From positions 5,022,001-5,086,000 of the forward strand of contig NC_092674.1 in assembly GCF_964355755.1 (NCBI RefSeq): a DNA stretch of 64,000 bases, written 5' to 3'. Within the stretch, counting starts at the first letter, position 1. Each line of letters opens with the position of its first letter. Of this stretch, positions 12,801-27,800 are shown piece after piece. The position numbers and the translations under genes were made by a program. This DNA is from Antedon mediterranea (Eukaryota; Animalia; Echinodermata). Under the pieces are notes generated by a model. That model saw only the letters and a list, made by a program, of their open reading frames with translations, was not told the DNA's origin and did no database searches.

Positions 12801-15800
12801 GTAAGATTATTTTCATTTTTTTTTACATTTTTAATAATTCTTTTTATTTTTATGTTGTATTCTTCATCTTTAAGAATACTACAGTTAATTTTCCATATTC
12901 CTGGACCAACTTTTTGTTGATTATTTAATATTTTTAATGAGATAGCCTGATGATCAGAACATATTGATGGTCTAATGTCGGTAGACATCACATCACCATT
13001 TTTATAAAGGGCACTTGAGATGCACCACAGATCCAACCTCCTGTACGTGCTTTTTCGTCTCCAAGTAAATTGGGTTTTTGTTTTGTGATATTGTCTCCAT
13101 ATATCTATTAATTTATTTTTTGTCATGCAATTCTTTAACACAGATGGTGACTTGTCGTATTGATTTACACAATTTTTTTTGATCTAATTTTCTTTCTAAA
13201 ATGCAATTCATATCACCTCCAATTATTGTATATTCTTCTTTTTTAAAACACATCAATTCAATCTTTTTTTCTAATTTTTTGAAGAAGTTTGCCCTTTCTT
13301 TGTAATTATTAGGTGCATATACATTAATAAAATTAAACACCTTCTCATTATATCTTACTTTAAGAATAAGCATTCTACCTTCTTCTTCTGTATATTTACA
13401 TTCAATATCACTTTGATCAAATCCTGGCTTAAAAAATATTGATACACCTCTACTATTAGTTGTACCAAAACTATGAAACATGGCCCCATTCCACAACAAG
13501 TTGTTACATCTTATAGATTTCTGATCAAAGTGTGTTTCTTGGAGGAATGCAACTTCAATGTGTTGATCTTCCAGCCATTTAAATATTTTCTTCTTCTTAT
13601 AATTTTCTCTAATCCCTCTAACATTTAGCGATATTAGATGTAGGGAGTCATTTTTTGTTTTGTTTTTCATAATTATTTTTTGTTCGTTTTTTTTTTGTTT
13701 TTGTTTTTTCTAATTCAATAATTATATCAAATTTACAGTTGAAGCGAGAACAACGTATTTTAACTTACTGAATCAGATTTTCTATCTTTCTTTTCAACAT
13801 TTTTCTCTCCACTTTCAGTAAGCTTTTTCCTTTTGCTAGATGCAAACTGGTCTCTAGCAACTATTGCTTTGGTATTAGAGGCATCCGTTGTGCTAGTAGT
13901 TGCGAAATCTGTAATTGGTCTCATACCCATGTTTATACTACTTGCTCTCTCACCAGCTTTATTTGTCTGCTCAACATTGCTTGCTTTTTTTTTATCTCGT
14001 TTTCTTTGCTTCTTCTTTTCATTCATTGAGTGGAGCTGTGGCTTGGTGGTTATGATGCTTGGCTACCAATCTAAGGGTCCTGGGTTCAAGTCCTGTCATA
14101 TGTCAGCGTTTTTTCTCATGACAATTTACAACTCCACTCCCAAAGACTTAATAATAAGTCTTTGTTTATGTAGAGCATCTTGTGTATTTGTTTGTCTTGT
14201 GAAATTTTAAATAGTTTATCCATCCTGTAATTGGCGGGTTACTCGCTGTTGGATGAGTATGAAATAAAAAAAAAAAAAAAAAAAAATTCTTTTGGTCTTG
14301 TTGTTGCATTTTTTCATTATCTTTCTGATTTATCGTTTTCACTCTGTCTATGGCTTCCTTCATTATTTGCTGTACCTTTTCATCTAATTCTATAGATTCG
14401 GGCTTATTTGTTGGCATAACTGGTTTGTTAAGCAGTTCTTCTAGAACTACTATGACGTTGCTTGTTGCTTCATCTTGTTTATTCTCTTCTTCAATGATGT
14501 CTAATATCTTTTCTTCCTCTTCTTCATCTTCCTCTTCTATGTCTACTTTCTCTTCCTCTTCTACATTTATTAATGTTTCCTCTTCTATATCCACTTGCAC
14601 TTCCTCTCCCATTCCTACTTCTATTTATTTTACTTCGTGCGGGTATTCTTCCTCATTGTCAATCCACTTAGTGATATTTGTTGCAAGCTTTGGTAATGTA
14701 TTTGTCGAGTTTATAACAAATTTGTGTGGTAGGCCTACATATTTATCACCTTTACAGTTTTTAGCAAAGTGGCCTGACATATTGCATTTGTGACATATTA
14801 TACTGTCCATCTTTTTCGGGCATTCATTAATTTTATGTCCAGTTACAATATATTGTTATTAATTAATTATAAATTAATTCTTATAAAAAAATAATTTATT
14901 TATTCTTTTTTCTATTTTAATATACTTTACTTTGTACTATTTATGATACACATCAATAATTATTTGTCTAGTAATCTCTTCCCTTTTTACAAAATTTATT
15001 TAAAATTTGACCTAAAATTGTCTAAATTAACCACTGAAGCTTTTAAATTATATTTTGTACAAGTTTAATTTTTAAAAAGAGTGAGGACTATAGCTTGTTA
15101 TAGATTTTATGTAACGATTACGTTGCATAAATATTTTTATGTTATTTTTTTTATATTTTATGCAAGCAAATGTATTATTAGGTCTAAAATATTGTTTATA
15201 AAACGTATACATTAATCTGATAAACTGGTACTAAGAAATTGTCAGTCTTCTGATTTTATGTGAACTGAAAAATAATAAATGGCCCGGGGACAAAAATAAA
15301 TATGTACCAGTGCTGTTGTTAAGTCTAACAAATTACCAAACCAACCAAAACATTACCAAACAGTCTGAATTATTTTTCATATGTTAATTTTGTTTACCCA
15401 GCAGATGTAGCTTTTTCTGATATTGGACACGACACACTAACCACTGATAAGGATCCAGAGAGTGTTGGATCAATAAATGGTGAGTTATTTTATTCATAAT
15501 CTCAAATATTAATGATAATCTAAACAGTTTAGTGATACAGCAGTTTGAGTTAAAGTTATTGATGTTCACAGGTTGTCAAATGCCAGCACATACAAATAAT
15601 TATCATTTATTGTGTCCCTGGAAAAGAACAAAAACTATTTACTTAAATTGTTTGGTAAATGCATTACTTTTTTCATTTAATGGTTTCTGTTTATTGCTTT
15701 ATTTTATTTTATCTCCTCTGTATTAAGTCAACCATGGTTTTTCCAATTTTAAATTGTATTAATTTATTTATATTCAAACTTAAACAGATTTAATGTTATG

Positions 15801-18800
15801 ATTATTTTGTTACCTATTAAACAGAGAAAAAGTATAATGTGCAAATGGAGACCAAAATAAATGAAATTTATGGCATGGTCACCAGTAAATAAGAGTCACA
15901 AAGAGCAATGGTTACAGTTAAATAAAACTGGGGATAAGCATCAAATATAACAAAAAAGAAAAAAGAAAGAATACAAGCAAAATGTAAGACTTACCTGAGT
16001 AAAAAACCAGCTTAAACATTCTTTGTTTTTTTTTTATTTTGTTTTTTTTTTTATTTCTAGAAGATGCAGCTATTTTTGTTACAGATCTGAAAAGTGTTGG
16101 ATCGAAAAGTGGTGAGTTCTTGTATGCTGATAAAACTTCATGTGTATGTAATCCTGGAGGAAATTGAGATCCAATTGATACACTTGATAATCCATTAGTC
16201 ATTATGTGCATGTTCTTTATTCATGTGTACATCTGTAGCAAAACAAAAAAACTAAGTAAAATTTGATAAATGTCTAGTGAAAGTTTGATTTTTTGTATAT
16301 GACTAAATATTTATTGATTTTCAAAGATGATTTCACAGCCATGTATAATTGAAAAACATAAATACTTTTGAATACATAAAATTATATTATTAAAATGAAA
16401 AGGTTCAAATATATGAGTTGCTGTGTTTAGGAGAGTGACTCTAACCTCATTAACTTAAAATTGATAGGAATACTATACTATTGTTCATATCTCCAAATCT
16501 AGCTTCCTCTGAAAGTGGAAGGTTCACCCTCTCTGTTATGGACCAAAGTGTTGGATCAAAAAGTGGTAAGTTCTTTAATTACCTTTGAAAATAGGACTTG
16601 AGAACTACCTCATTTGTTCCTTCGATGTCATGAATGCAAACTCTACAGAGGCAGATCCAACGGTATAGGCCTAGTTAATATTAATATCAGGGCGGATGCA
16701 GGGGTCTTTCCCCAGTTGCCACTAAATTTAATTTAGATCCTATTTCATCATAATACTGTATAAAAACTATTAACGTTATAGAAGTCCAGGGTTTGAAGAG
16801 CCTATGTAAAGCCTGTTTTCTTGTCGACGTTATTCGACGCTATCGTCGTTGATCGTTAACAGTTCAACGAGGATCAAGTTGAAATGATGACAATAGCGAG
16901 TACCTTTTCCTGTAAATCGTTAACATTTCAATGTTTATGTAGATGATCGCCGATTATTGCGATTGCGATAGCGTCGACTAACGTCGACAGGAAAACAGGC
17001 TTAAATTGACAAACTGCAGCGTCAAATCAACCAGCAGTCAACAATACCGGGCACAATTTACCGGCGGTCAGCTTAATTTTTTGTGTGGATATTGGATATG
17101 TTTCTAAACATGCTCAGAATAACTGTTTGGATTGCTTGTGTGCCTCATGAAAAGGTACGAAATGCCACTACACACTGTATTTGTGGTAAACCCCATCATA
17201 TTGGTCATTGATTTGTCCATCATCATTGTGTTTTGCCGGGAATTCCCCATCATTTAAGTACGGTATCTCTATAGTCTTATAGACTTTTCTTCATTTCATA
17301 TCCGTAATATTGGGCCCAATTTTTTGTTGTATTTACGGTCGTTCCGAACTTTGAAATAACAGTGTTTAATTCAGTCCAAAATACGCAGAATTTTTTCCAA
17401 AATACGTCAACTTGAGGGCGCTATACTAATCCAAAATACGTGAGTCTTTCCAAAATACGTCAACTTTAGGGCGCTATTCATTTTCCATACGCGAATTGTC
17501 CAAATACGTCAAATTGAGGGTGCTATTCATTATCCAAAATACACAATTTGTCCAAAATACGTCAACTTGAGGACTCTATTAATTATTATCCAACTATTAT
17601 CCGCTATCAATCCAAACTACGCAGAATTTTTCCAAAATACGCCAACTTGAAGGCGCTATACTAATTCAAAATATGCGAGTCTTTCCAAAATACGTCAACT
17701 TGAGGGCGCTATTCAATTTCCTAAATACGCAATTTCTCCAAAATAATTTTTGGGGCACTTGTTTCAAAATACTTGAACTTGAGGCCACTATTAATTTTCT
17801 AAAGTACGAACATTATCCACATATTGTAGTTCTATTAATTTTCTACAATAAGAAAGTTAACAATAATGGTTTTTTAGTCGCGTGGAAGCGACTCTATAGT
17901 TCACTATGTCGGTCGGTCGGTCTGTCGGTCCGGTATCACTATGCATTGTAGCACGCGACTTAATGGCTGTTGGCCTTGTTAATTATTATTATTACTTTTC
18001 ATCAAGATTTAAGATGATATTATAGTTTGAGGATCATATACTGTTACATTTAGATCTCTCTCACTCAACCAAACAATTTTAAACTGTAACTATGGGTATT
18101 TTTCCGACATTTTCGTGTAAAAAAATAATTACTTTACTTCTTCTAACCAATTATTGATATTATTTTAATTACAATACCATAGTCTTACAGTTATATGAAA
18201 TAACTATTATGGTAGATTTCAAATTAGGTAACTTGTATTAGACCATAAGAAAAAAAATTCTGCCTTCCAATAATTTGGAATGTAATTTAATTTAACTAAA
18301 ATGTATTTGTTTGTTTTACTCGAAGAAACTTTTTTTAATACATTAAACTGTAATTTTAACTTACACTCTCAATATATTAATGATACTTTGGAAATCCTCT
18401 TGTATTTTGGAAAAAGTTTGCTGTCCTCAAGTTGACGTATTTTGGAAAATTACTAGCGCTCCCAAATTGATGTATTTTTGACAAATCGCGTATTTTTTAA
18501 AATGAATAGTGCCCTCAATTTGACGTATTTTGGACAATTCGCGTATTTTGGACTGATGTTCACCAACTCGACTCTGTTTAATTGCCTCTTTCTGCAAATT
18601 TCTATCATATTTTCTTTTCTGAAGTGTAGTTTAACACTGTTGTACAGTTTATACTGGATAAATGAAAATGAATTTTGGAAATTGTGGTCTAACTGACTTA
18701 TTTATCAAAATAATACAATTTTTTCTCAATATATTTATAGCAGCAGCTTCATATTTTTGTCTAACTTTTTTTATTAATTGATAATAATTAATTGTATTGA

Positions 18801-21800
18801 TTATAATTGCCAGAATTTATTAGCTTACCGGAAGTACCTTTGTCGGGGACTTCCTCTGACGTTTGCATTGAACGCACAAAACCATATTACTTGCATGTTT
18901 TACTGGCGGAAAATACTAGGTGGGATACGATGGTATTGTTGTTCCGGTAGCCCAATATAGAGTGTCATTTACGGCGAGCTAGAGGTGTTATTTATGAATT
19001 TTACGTGCGAGGGTACCATTTCCGGCCATCTAGGGGTGTCATTTAACAAAATCAGTATCGACGGCCCTGGACTTAATAAATAGAGTACACTATAATAACT
19101 ATGGTAACATGTACTGTAATTTACAATATAGCAACCATTACATACTCAACTGTATCAATATCTATTTATTGATATATTTATTTTCCTCAACAAATTTTAA
19201 TGTAATAAATATTGAGCCAGATAATTAAGTGGCGGACGCCAGATAACAGCTTTTAAAATATTTTTAACTTGTGGCCCAAACGGGCTTCTGTAAGCTATAA
19301 TAAGCATTGAATTTGATTTTCCACCGAAAGTGCGCTTTTTTCGGACTTCCCCTAGACGTACGCCCACTCAACGTAATCAAAACAAAATTCCCTTCGCAAC
19401 AAGTCTTGATAGCCCTGGGCAAGCACTCTTTTCTTCCATGTGCAAACGCTGACTTGCGCAATGTGCTATGTGGTGATGCTTTTACTCAAAATAGGCCTTT
19501 GGAGGAAATGTCACCTTTTTATACGCTAAGTACCTCAGTTTTCATTTTTAACACATCAATTGTTAATACATTTATATAACGTGAGAGTGCCATTTCCGAC
19601 CATCTATTAAATTAATATTATTATCATCATCCGTCTGATGACAAATAATTAATTAAGATCCCATATCATAGTTAATTCTCATTAAATCAATTCATAAATA
19701 TTAAGTGTATTCCACATGAATGCCAACATTGTGTTTTATTGTAAATCAAATACTTTGTCTGAAATACATGATTAGAAACCAAAATCACATTGATGTATTA
19801 ATTAGATCCGATTTTATGCACATTTTAGAAAAAAAATGAGGCCATTTCAGAAAATTATTAAAATGTATCTGAATGTATAAATATAATGGATTCTCTGACC
19901 GAGATCATTCATCTAGCTTTATTAATCTCACTTTTTTTGTTGCACTTTTAAATAAATTTGACAGCCATTTTCGCAAATGACTAACTAAAAATTAACATCA
20001 TATTTATTATATCTATAAATTAATTCCTTTTCTAAAGTACACTTACCGTTATAGAAACTTTTTAACTATTTTGTGTAGGCCTGTAATTTTGAAACAGAAC
20101 TCAATATAATCGACAATAAATGTGTATACTGTAGGTCTATACCATGTCACTATTAGAGACAATAAGCTGCCAGGGCATACTCTGTAAACTGAAGTGCCAA
20201 TAGGGCATTATGTCTGAAGTACATGCAAGTTCGTGCATCTATCTTATTTATTTATTATGCACATTTTATATTAAATTGGTGGCCATTTTGGAATCTTGGC
20301 ACTAGAAGCGGTCTTTCATAAGAGAATTAAATATCATTGCTCTTCAAAGAAAGAGGATAAATATAATCAAGTTGGCTGTCTTTTCTCCTGACCATTTGTG
20401 TGTATTTAGCATTTTTCTTATTTTCTTCGACAATTCTACCTGTTCTGTCCTCGATATTGTTTGTTCTAGATGATATTTGTTTTCCTTTCACAATTGATTA
20501 TCGCACCAAAAGTGGATACATCACAGAAGAAAAATGAAAAAATCAATATGCCTGTTATGTATGTCAGTATTTATAGCAGGCCACTTAAATATGACTGAAA
20601 AAGTGTATATATAAGTTATTTTATAAACAATTTAAAATTTACAAGCACACCCTAGTGTTTAATGTAAAAGTCATAATTAAACAGTTTTATGTGATTTTTA
20701 TTAGCTGCACAAACATACTCCGACACGACTGATTTTGAACAAGAAATAACATCTGTTGAAGGTAGGTAAAAATACCAATATGTCAATTTACATGAAAATA
20801 ATGATAGTTATATAGTCTCGGAGTATTTTTTACTGTCGTTGTAAACGCCATGGGCTATGGCGTGGTTGAGTTACAGGTAAAGGAGTATGGTTAAACCAAT
20901 AAATATAATCCAAAATCATCTACTATCGAATCTTTATATTTCTATAATAATTACGTTTTCCTGCCGATAAATCAATGTATATTTAATTTGTATTTTACTA
21001 TATGCAATCGAATCTTATATTTTATTATTATTTACATACTATCGAATCAAATCTTATTGCATTACATTATAAATATACGTTATAACTATTTAATATAATA
21101 GTATTATTATTTAAATACTATCGAATATTATACAGTTTTACATTAATAATTATGTACGGTATTGCCGAATCTTTATATCTCATTTACATACTATGGAATC
21201 TTATACATTATTATATTAATAATTATGTACCCTACGGTATTCCGAATCTTTATATCTCATTTACATACTGTGGAATCTCTATACAGTATTGCATTAATAA
21301 TTTACGTACGGTATGGCCGAACATTTATATCTCATTTTCATGGAATGATATATAAAATAGATGGAGTAGATATAGTTCATAAAGTTCCTCATAGTAGCAT
21401 TACATCTTATTACATTTCTATTTCGGTCTCTGACCCATGGCGTGGTTGTTTTTAGTCGCGTGGAAGCGACTCTATAGTTCACTATGTCGGTCTGTCGGTC
21501 CGGTATCGCTATGCGTTTTATCGCTTTCTGACCTTATCTTGATATCAGTTTAATCTAGCTAGGTCAATTTTTCACAGTATATTCCTTATGGCCAGGAATC
21601 AATGTGGTTATGTTTTCACCGTGCGCAATAAAAAATTACGCGGTCTACGCACGATTTAACGAAATCACGTTTGTAATCATATCTTCACAACCATGAATCA
21701 CAAAAAAATAAATAAAATTTGGTACTCATAAATTTCAGGGCATAAATCATCATATGGCAATACAATTACGTGCGTAGCGCATGTAACGCATGCGTACGCG

Positions 21801-24800
21801 CGCTTAAAATTTTAAAAATTTATTTTCGATGAAATAAGAGTACGTTTCAGGCAATTTTAAGCGTTTACAAAATTGCCATGAGTGCGCATATTTTTGCGCG
21901 CGCACTGCGCGTTAAATGTTATTTCGCACTATTTTTGCCCGATTTCTGTTTTCTTGACTTACTTTTCAACTCGAAATTACGTTATACGAGCACGTCAAAA
22001 GTGACAGGCTACGCACGTGTAAATTAAAAAAATATAAATGTTTTTAAACATTTCAACATTTTTAAACATGTTCAGTAATTTCGGTCAGTATAGTTCACTA
22101 TGTCGGTCGGTCGGTCTGTCTGTCGGTCTGTCTGTCGGTCCGGTATCACTATGCATTGTAGCACGCGACTTAATGGCTGTTGGCCTTGTTATTAGTAGTA
22201 ATTCCTAATTCCTTTTTACATTTACGTGTTATTCCATTGTATGGTAATACATTGTTTGTGTTTTCAATAAAGCAACGTGGGACGAATACGCAGAGGAACG
22301 CGCACAGTTAGAGCACTATGCTGGCCGGCACCCGAGTTTTTAACAGAAATTCACGTATAATAATTACTGTACTGTACAGATACTTGCATCTATTTAGTTA
22401 TTAAAACTCATTTTAAATTGTTTTAATTTCATAAATATTATATATCTGAAAGGATATTAAATAAATCAATTGCTGTCATTATGTTATTTTAAGGGGGCAT
22501 TCCACAATATTTTTAGTTGTGTGCAAACCCGAATCTACAGCTCACTACAGTATGTCGGTCGATCGTTCGGTATACTAATTCAAATTTGCGCACGCGACTG
22601 CAGCCATGTATATGGTCTTTTTATGAGAATGTAACTAGACATAACTATCACAATAACAATCACCGCTGAAAACAATTGTTTGACAACCATTATTGAAAGT
22701 TCAATGTAATTTGTTTTAACAGGTTCAATAAGCTTCTATGCAGGTCGTAAACGAGAACTTAAAGAAAAACTTGCTGAAACTCAACGTGAGTCATCATCAT
22801 TTAGAAACGAATTATTATTAAAACAACTAACGAACTATATTTGGCATAAAAAATGGTTCATTACTATTGCAATTGGTGATAAGTTTACCTTAAAGGTCAG
22901 AATTGTCATTTCCGGTAATTTTTTACTAAATTGTCCTATTAGACTGAATATGAGTGTACATCTTCTGATGAATTTGAGACCCAATTTACCTCGCTGTGAC
23001 CAGTGGTTGTCGAGATTTAAGGACTTATTGGTGTTTGGTCTTATAACCTTTCACCCTGACCTTTTGCCACATTTTCAAAATGTGTAACCAAGCCAAAAAT
23101 GATTGTTTGACCACCCTAAACAAATTCTAAGTCAAATTCTCTGGACCTGAAAGTGCATACAAAGGTAGATCTAGCTACTAATGTACAGTAAATAAGAAAT
23201 CGTACAATTTGTAAATAATACATTTTTTTTTTATTAGGACTTTATGAAAATCGTAAGCAAAATCAAGAAGAAGAACTTTCTGAAACAGAAGGTGAGTTAT
23301 AATACATAATACACTAATTATTTTAACGCACTTAAGTAACCTTGATATTTGGTTGATTGATTTGTTGTGTGCATTTTTTTTGGTACACATTTACTTGCTT
23401 GCTCTCGCATTTAATTCTGAACTAGAGATAGATGCCATGTTTATGGCCAGATGAAAGGGGCTACCCTGTACATTTATAGCTGTTGTGTTAATTAATAAAA
23501 GATGGAAGGTGTTAGCAAAATGACCAGGTAGACTTACTTTGGCTACATGCAGAGTTTGTTGAAGGCATAGTGAAGAGATTTCAATGTACTGGTACAGTAT
23601 ATGAACTGTTTTGATGTTGCACATACTTTTGTGTTATGTTCCTGTGCTTGGAGGATGACTGTTGTTGATGAAGGATTCTGGTGGTGAGAGGATACATTAC
23701 CCATATATAATATGTGGAATGCATCCTCTTACTTACTGATGTTGATGTTGGATGTTGTTTAATACTAATAGTGCATATCTGTTTGTCTGACAGCTTAGTT
23801 TTATCACCTATGAACTTATCTTGAAGAAAAACATAAATTATAAAACTTGTCCTAAATATTAAAAACCTAACCCTCTAAATAATCTCTCTCAAACTAAAGA
23901 AAATAGTTAAAAAACTGTCAAGTAGAGAAGCATCCTGCAAACCCCCTGGGCCATAACCGCAATACAAGTTCATTGAGCCATCCAGCTCACCGATCCAGTG
24001 GGGTTTTACTTTGTATATGAATTAATAAAACATACGTAAGCATTTTAACCGACAAATCAGAACAGTGTTGACATCTCTTTTTGTAAGTCCTATCCATCAT
24101 TTTATACATGATCATTTTGAACTTTGTTTGAGTGACATTTCCAAGTATCCCAATGGTTTCGAAGACGTTGCTTCCGAAGACATGTCGAACCCTAACTCCA
24201 CATCATTATAGTTTATCAATATTCAAACACATTTAAAATTGTTTCTTAGGGTAATACTGTGTTTATTTATTTATTAAACTTTATTTCTGATTTCTCCATA
24301 TACAATACATATCTCCTAAAACGCTAATCGTCGTTAGACATTGCGCGTCTCACTTGTGTTCGCCACTCAGTACGTTTTTGAGCAAGCATGTGTATAGGTC
24401 CGCGTGTGAAAAGTTCTGTTTCCTCTTTTATGTTTGCCATCCATGTTGTTTTTGGTCTTCCTTTTGGTTTTTTGGTCTTTCTCTGAGCCTCTCCGAGTGC
24501 GATCTTAGCTGGTGTGTTTTCATTTAAACGGAGCAGGTGACCATACCATGTCAGCCTTCTTTTCTTTACGTTCTTACTCCACTCAATTTCTCCTGTTCTT
24601 TTGTACAAATCTTCATTTTTTATTTTCTCCGGCCACCTTATACCTATTATTCTCTTTAGGAATTTTCTTTGAAAGACATCAATTTCGCTTTTTAGTGATG
24701 CTGTCATTGTCCACATTTCACAATTATACAGAAAGATGCTTGTAATGTATACGTTGAAGACTCTCATTTTCAGGTTTATTGTTAATTTTCTATTTTGGAG

Positions 24801-27800
24801 TATTTTATTTATCTTGCTGAAAGCTGCTAATGCGAGACGTTTTCTGTTATTAACATCCTCTCTGGTTCCCAATTTACTTCCAAGGAATTTGCAGTTTCGC
24901 CAGTCTTCATTTCCTTTCCTTTTTATTTTAAAATCTTCGGTTTTTGACGGGTTAACTTTTAGATTATAGTCTTGTAGATACCGTGGAATGTCTGTATTTA
25001 TTTCATTTATATATTCTTGTGAGGTAGATACAAAAGATATGTCATCTGCATATTGAATGTTTAATGTAAATTCAGGTGTATATTGTTTTTGTTGACGTTG
25101 CTCTTGTTCATATTTTTGTAGGATATGTGCTAGATATGTAATGAAAAGGATGGGACTAAGACAGTCTCCCTGTGGTACTCCTATGTTTGATTTAATTGGG
25201 TCGCCTATTTCCTTTCCAATCCTTACTCTAAGATCTACTTGTTCTATGAGGATTTTGATAATATTTAGCTCTTCTGGTTCAAGGATGTGAGATATTATAT
25301 CAATTAATTTTTTCCTGTCTACAGTATCAAAAGCACTGCTCATGTCTAACATGAGTACATTTATTTCGTAGTCTGATGATGTGATTGCTTTTTCTGCTAG
25401 TGTTCGGAGAGTAAACACATGTTCAGTGACACTCCTTCCTTTACAGTATGCTGCCTGTGAGGGTGGTATAATGGTCCTAAGCTTATCATCAATTCTATTT
25501 ATAAGGCAAATGGCCAAAATTTTTCTAATGATATTTAGGAGGACAACTGGTCTAAGGTTCTTTACGATACCCTTTTGTTTGCCTGGTTTATGTAATGGAA
25601 CTATGATACCTTCTGTGATATCATGGGGCGCCTTTCCTGTCATAACCATATCATTAAACATAGTTGCAATACTACTGAAAATGTTGTCATGTGCATATAA
25701 TAAATATAAAAATATAAAAAGTAAGCAAAACATTCAAACTATAAAAATATCATATGAAATAATGGGCACAGCACGAAAAACCAAGGTGCTCAAATGCTCA
25801 AGTACTTCATTCATGTGACATAAACCCTTGATCCAAACATACTAGATTGTACAACAACCTGTACGAGACAATTGTTACTAATTGTAACTCTATTTATGAA
25901 TCCATAACACGTTTTTCTATAATATATAATATAATATATATAGAAAGATGGAACATTACTTGTTACAAACATCTGACTAGCACTACAGTACACTATAGTG
26001 CAAGACCCATACATTTTCTGAAGGCATTATTATACCACACCTGCAACTTCCTAATATTAACCTCAGTGAATTTTAGACCATAGACTACTACAATACATAG
26101 TGCTACAATAAGATTTAAACAGATTACAATTAACCTCATTGGAGCATTTGTTAAATTTGCGGCATAACAAATTAGCAGGGTGTCACGAAAACTAAGACCA
26201 CGAAAGCTAAGACCCCCTAAGACCTAAGATCACGAAAGCTAAGACCCAACACCTAAGATTACAAATATTTATCTTTCGCACCTGCCTTGTATTTTAACTC
26301 CCAACATTTATTCTGAATACCACACCTTAGAATTGGCACTTTCATGAAAAAGAATCACATAAAAAGTAACAAATACATTTTTAAATTGATGATTTTACAG
26401 ACGTTTTTCTCGCACACAAAATGACTAGCCTACAGTACAGTAGGCCTACCCCATGTTCAATGTTTTTGTTTCTATGGAACGTCAAAAGAGCAACAATTAT
26501 ATAGAGGGCTGAAAACTCTGTGGAGTCCATCTACAGTGTGGATGGAACAATGTAAAATTAAAATTGTAATGATAATAGTATAATCATGCAAGTACGAAGA
26601 AATAAATACTGGCATTTAAAAATCATGATAAGTTTTTTTGTTTTGTTTTCTTTCTGTTTTTATACTTGTACTATTATTGTTGCTCTTTTGGCGCTCCATA
26701 GAAACAAAAACATCGAGGAGTTACATTACAGTATACAAAGAAACACATCTGTAAAATCATCAGGATTTATTTATTTGTTATTATGTGTTTCTCCTTCTGA
26801 AAGTACTTATAAGTCCTAATTTTAAAGTGTGGTGTTCAGGATAAAGTTAGTCAACAAATTTGGAGTCAAAGTACAAGAAAGGCAGGTGCGTAAGAAAAAC
26901 ATCCTCTGAACCAACACAATGGAGTAAATATATACCAACAAACAACCCGTCAAGTTTGTTTGTTGTAAAGAAAAAATATACATTTACTCAACGGGCGAAA
27001 ATAATGTGAGTTTATCTATGTTTTGCGGTAGTATTAAATTATATTTATGGTAATAAATGAAACCTACTGTGTTTAAAATTATGTATGGATAAACAAGTAT
27101 TGTTTTTAAGCTGTAGTATATCTTAGTATTTGTAATCTTAGGTGTTGGGTCTTAGCTTTCGTGATCTTAGGTCTTAGGGGGTCTTAGCTTTCGTGGTCTT
27201 AGGTTTCGTGACACCCCAAATTAGCACGTATGCAAGGTGAGTGAGTGGCTGAGCGGTTAAGACAGTGGAACCGTAATTACGTAGCCATAACATCGGCAGA
27301 GGTTCGAGGCTTACTCACTCCATGTTTCTGATGGTAGAACGAGTCTTCTCGGATAAGGACTATAAACTGTAGGTCCAGTGTACACATCTAGCTCATGTGC
27401 ACTTTAAAGAACCTAGTACTGTACATCTTTCGAGACGAGTAGGGGGTTACCCCGGTGTATTAGTACATCACAGCTACTGATCATCAACTGGACCATCTGG
27501 GAGACCAGTCTTTGACTGAAGAGGTTACCCAGTATAAATATTTCAATCAATCAATCAAGTGGATATCTGTACTGACGTCTGATATCATGAGCATCATTTA
27601 AATCATAGGATAAAATATGACCAAGGTACTTTACTGTAGTTTCAGCAACAAAATTAAACTCATTGCTACTACCAGGATGCTACATAATATTATGTGTTCT
27701 GTCTCTAATCTTTTGTGGTGAAAAGACCATACATAAAGACTTTTTTGGAATTGAATATATCATGCTTCATAGTATCATATGATTCACAGATACTGAGTAT

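Noticed and set aside
14028-14110. tRNA genes (also at 27238, 49585 and 55683)
   Set aside because: A/B boxes are present but no proper cloverleaf; they continue into SINE bodies or are fragments.
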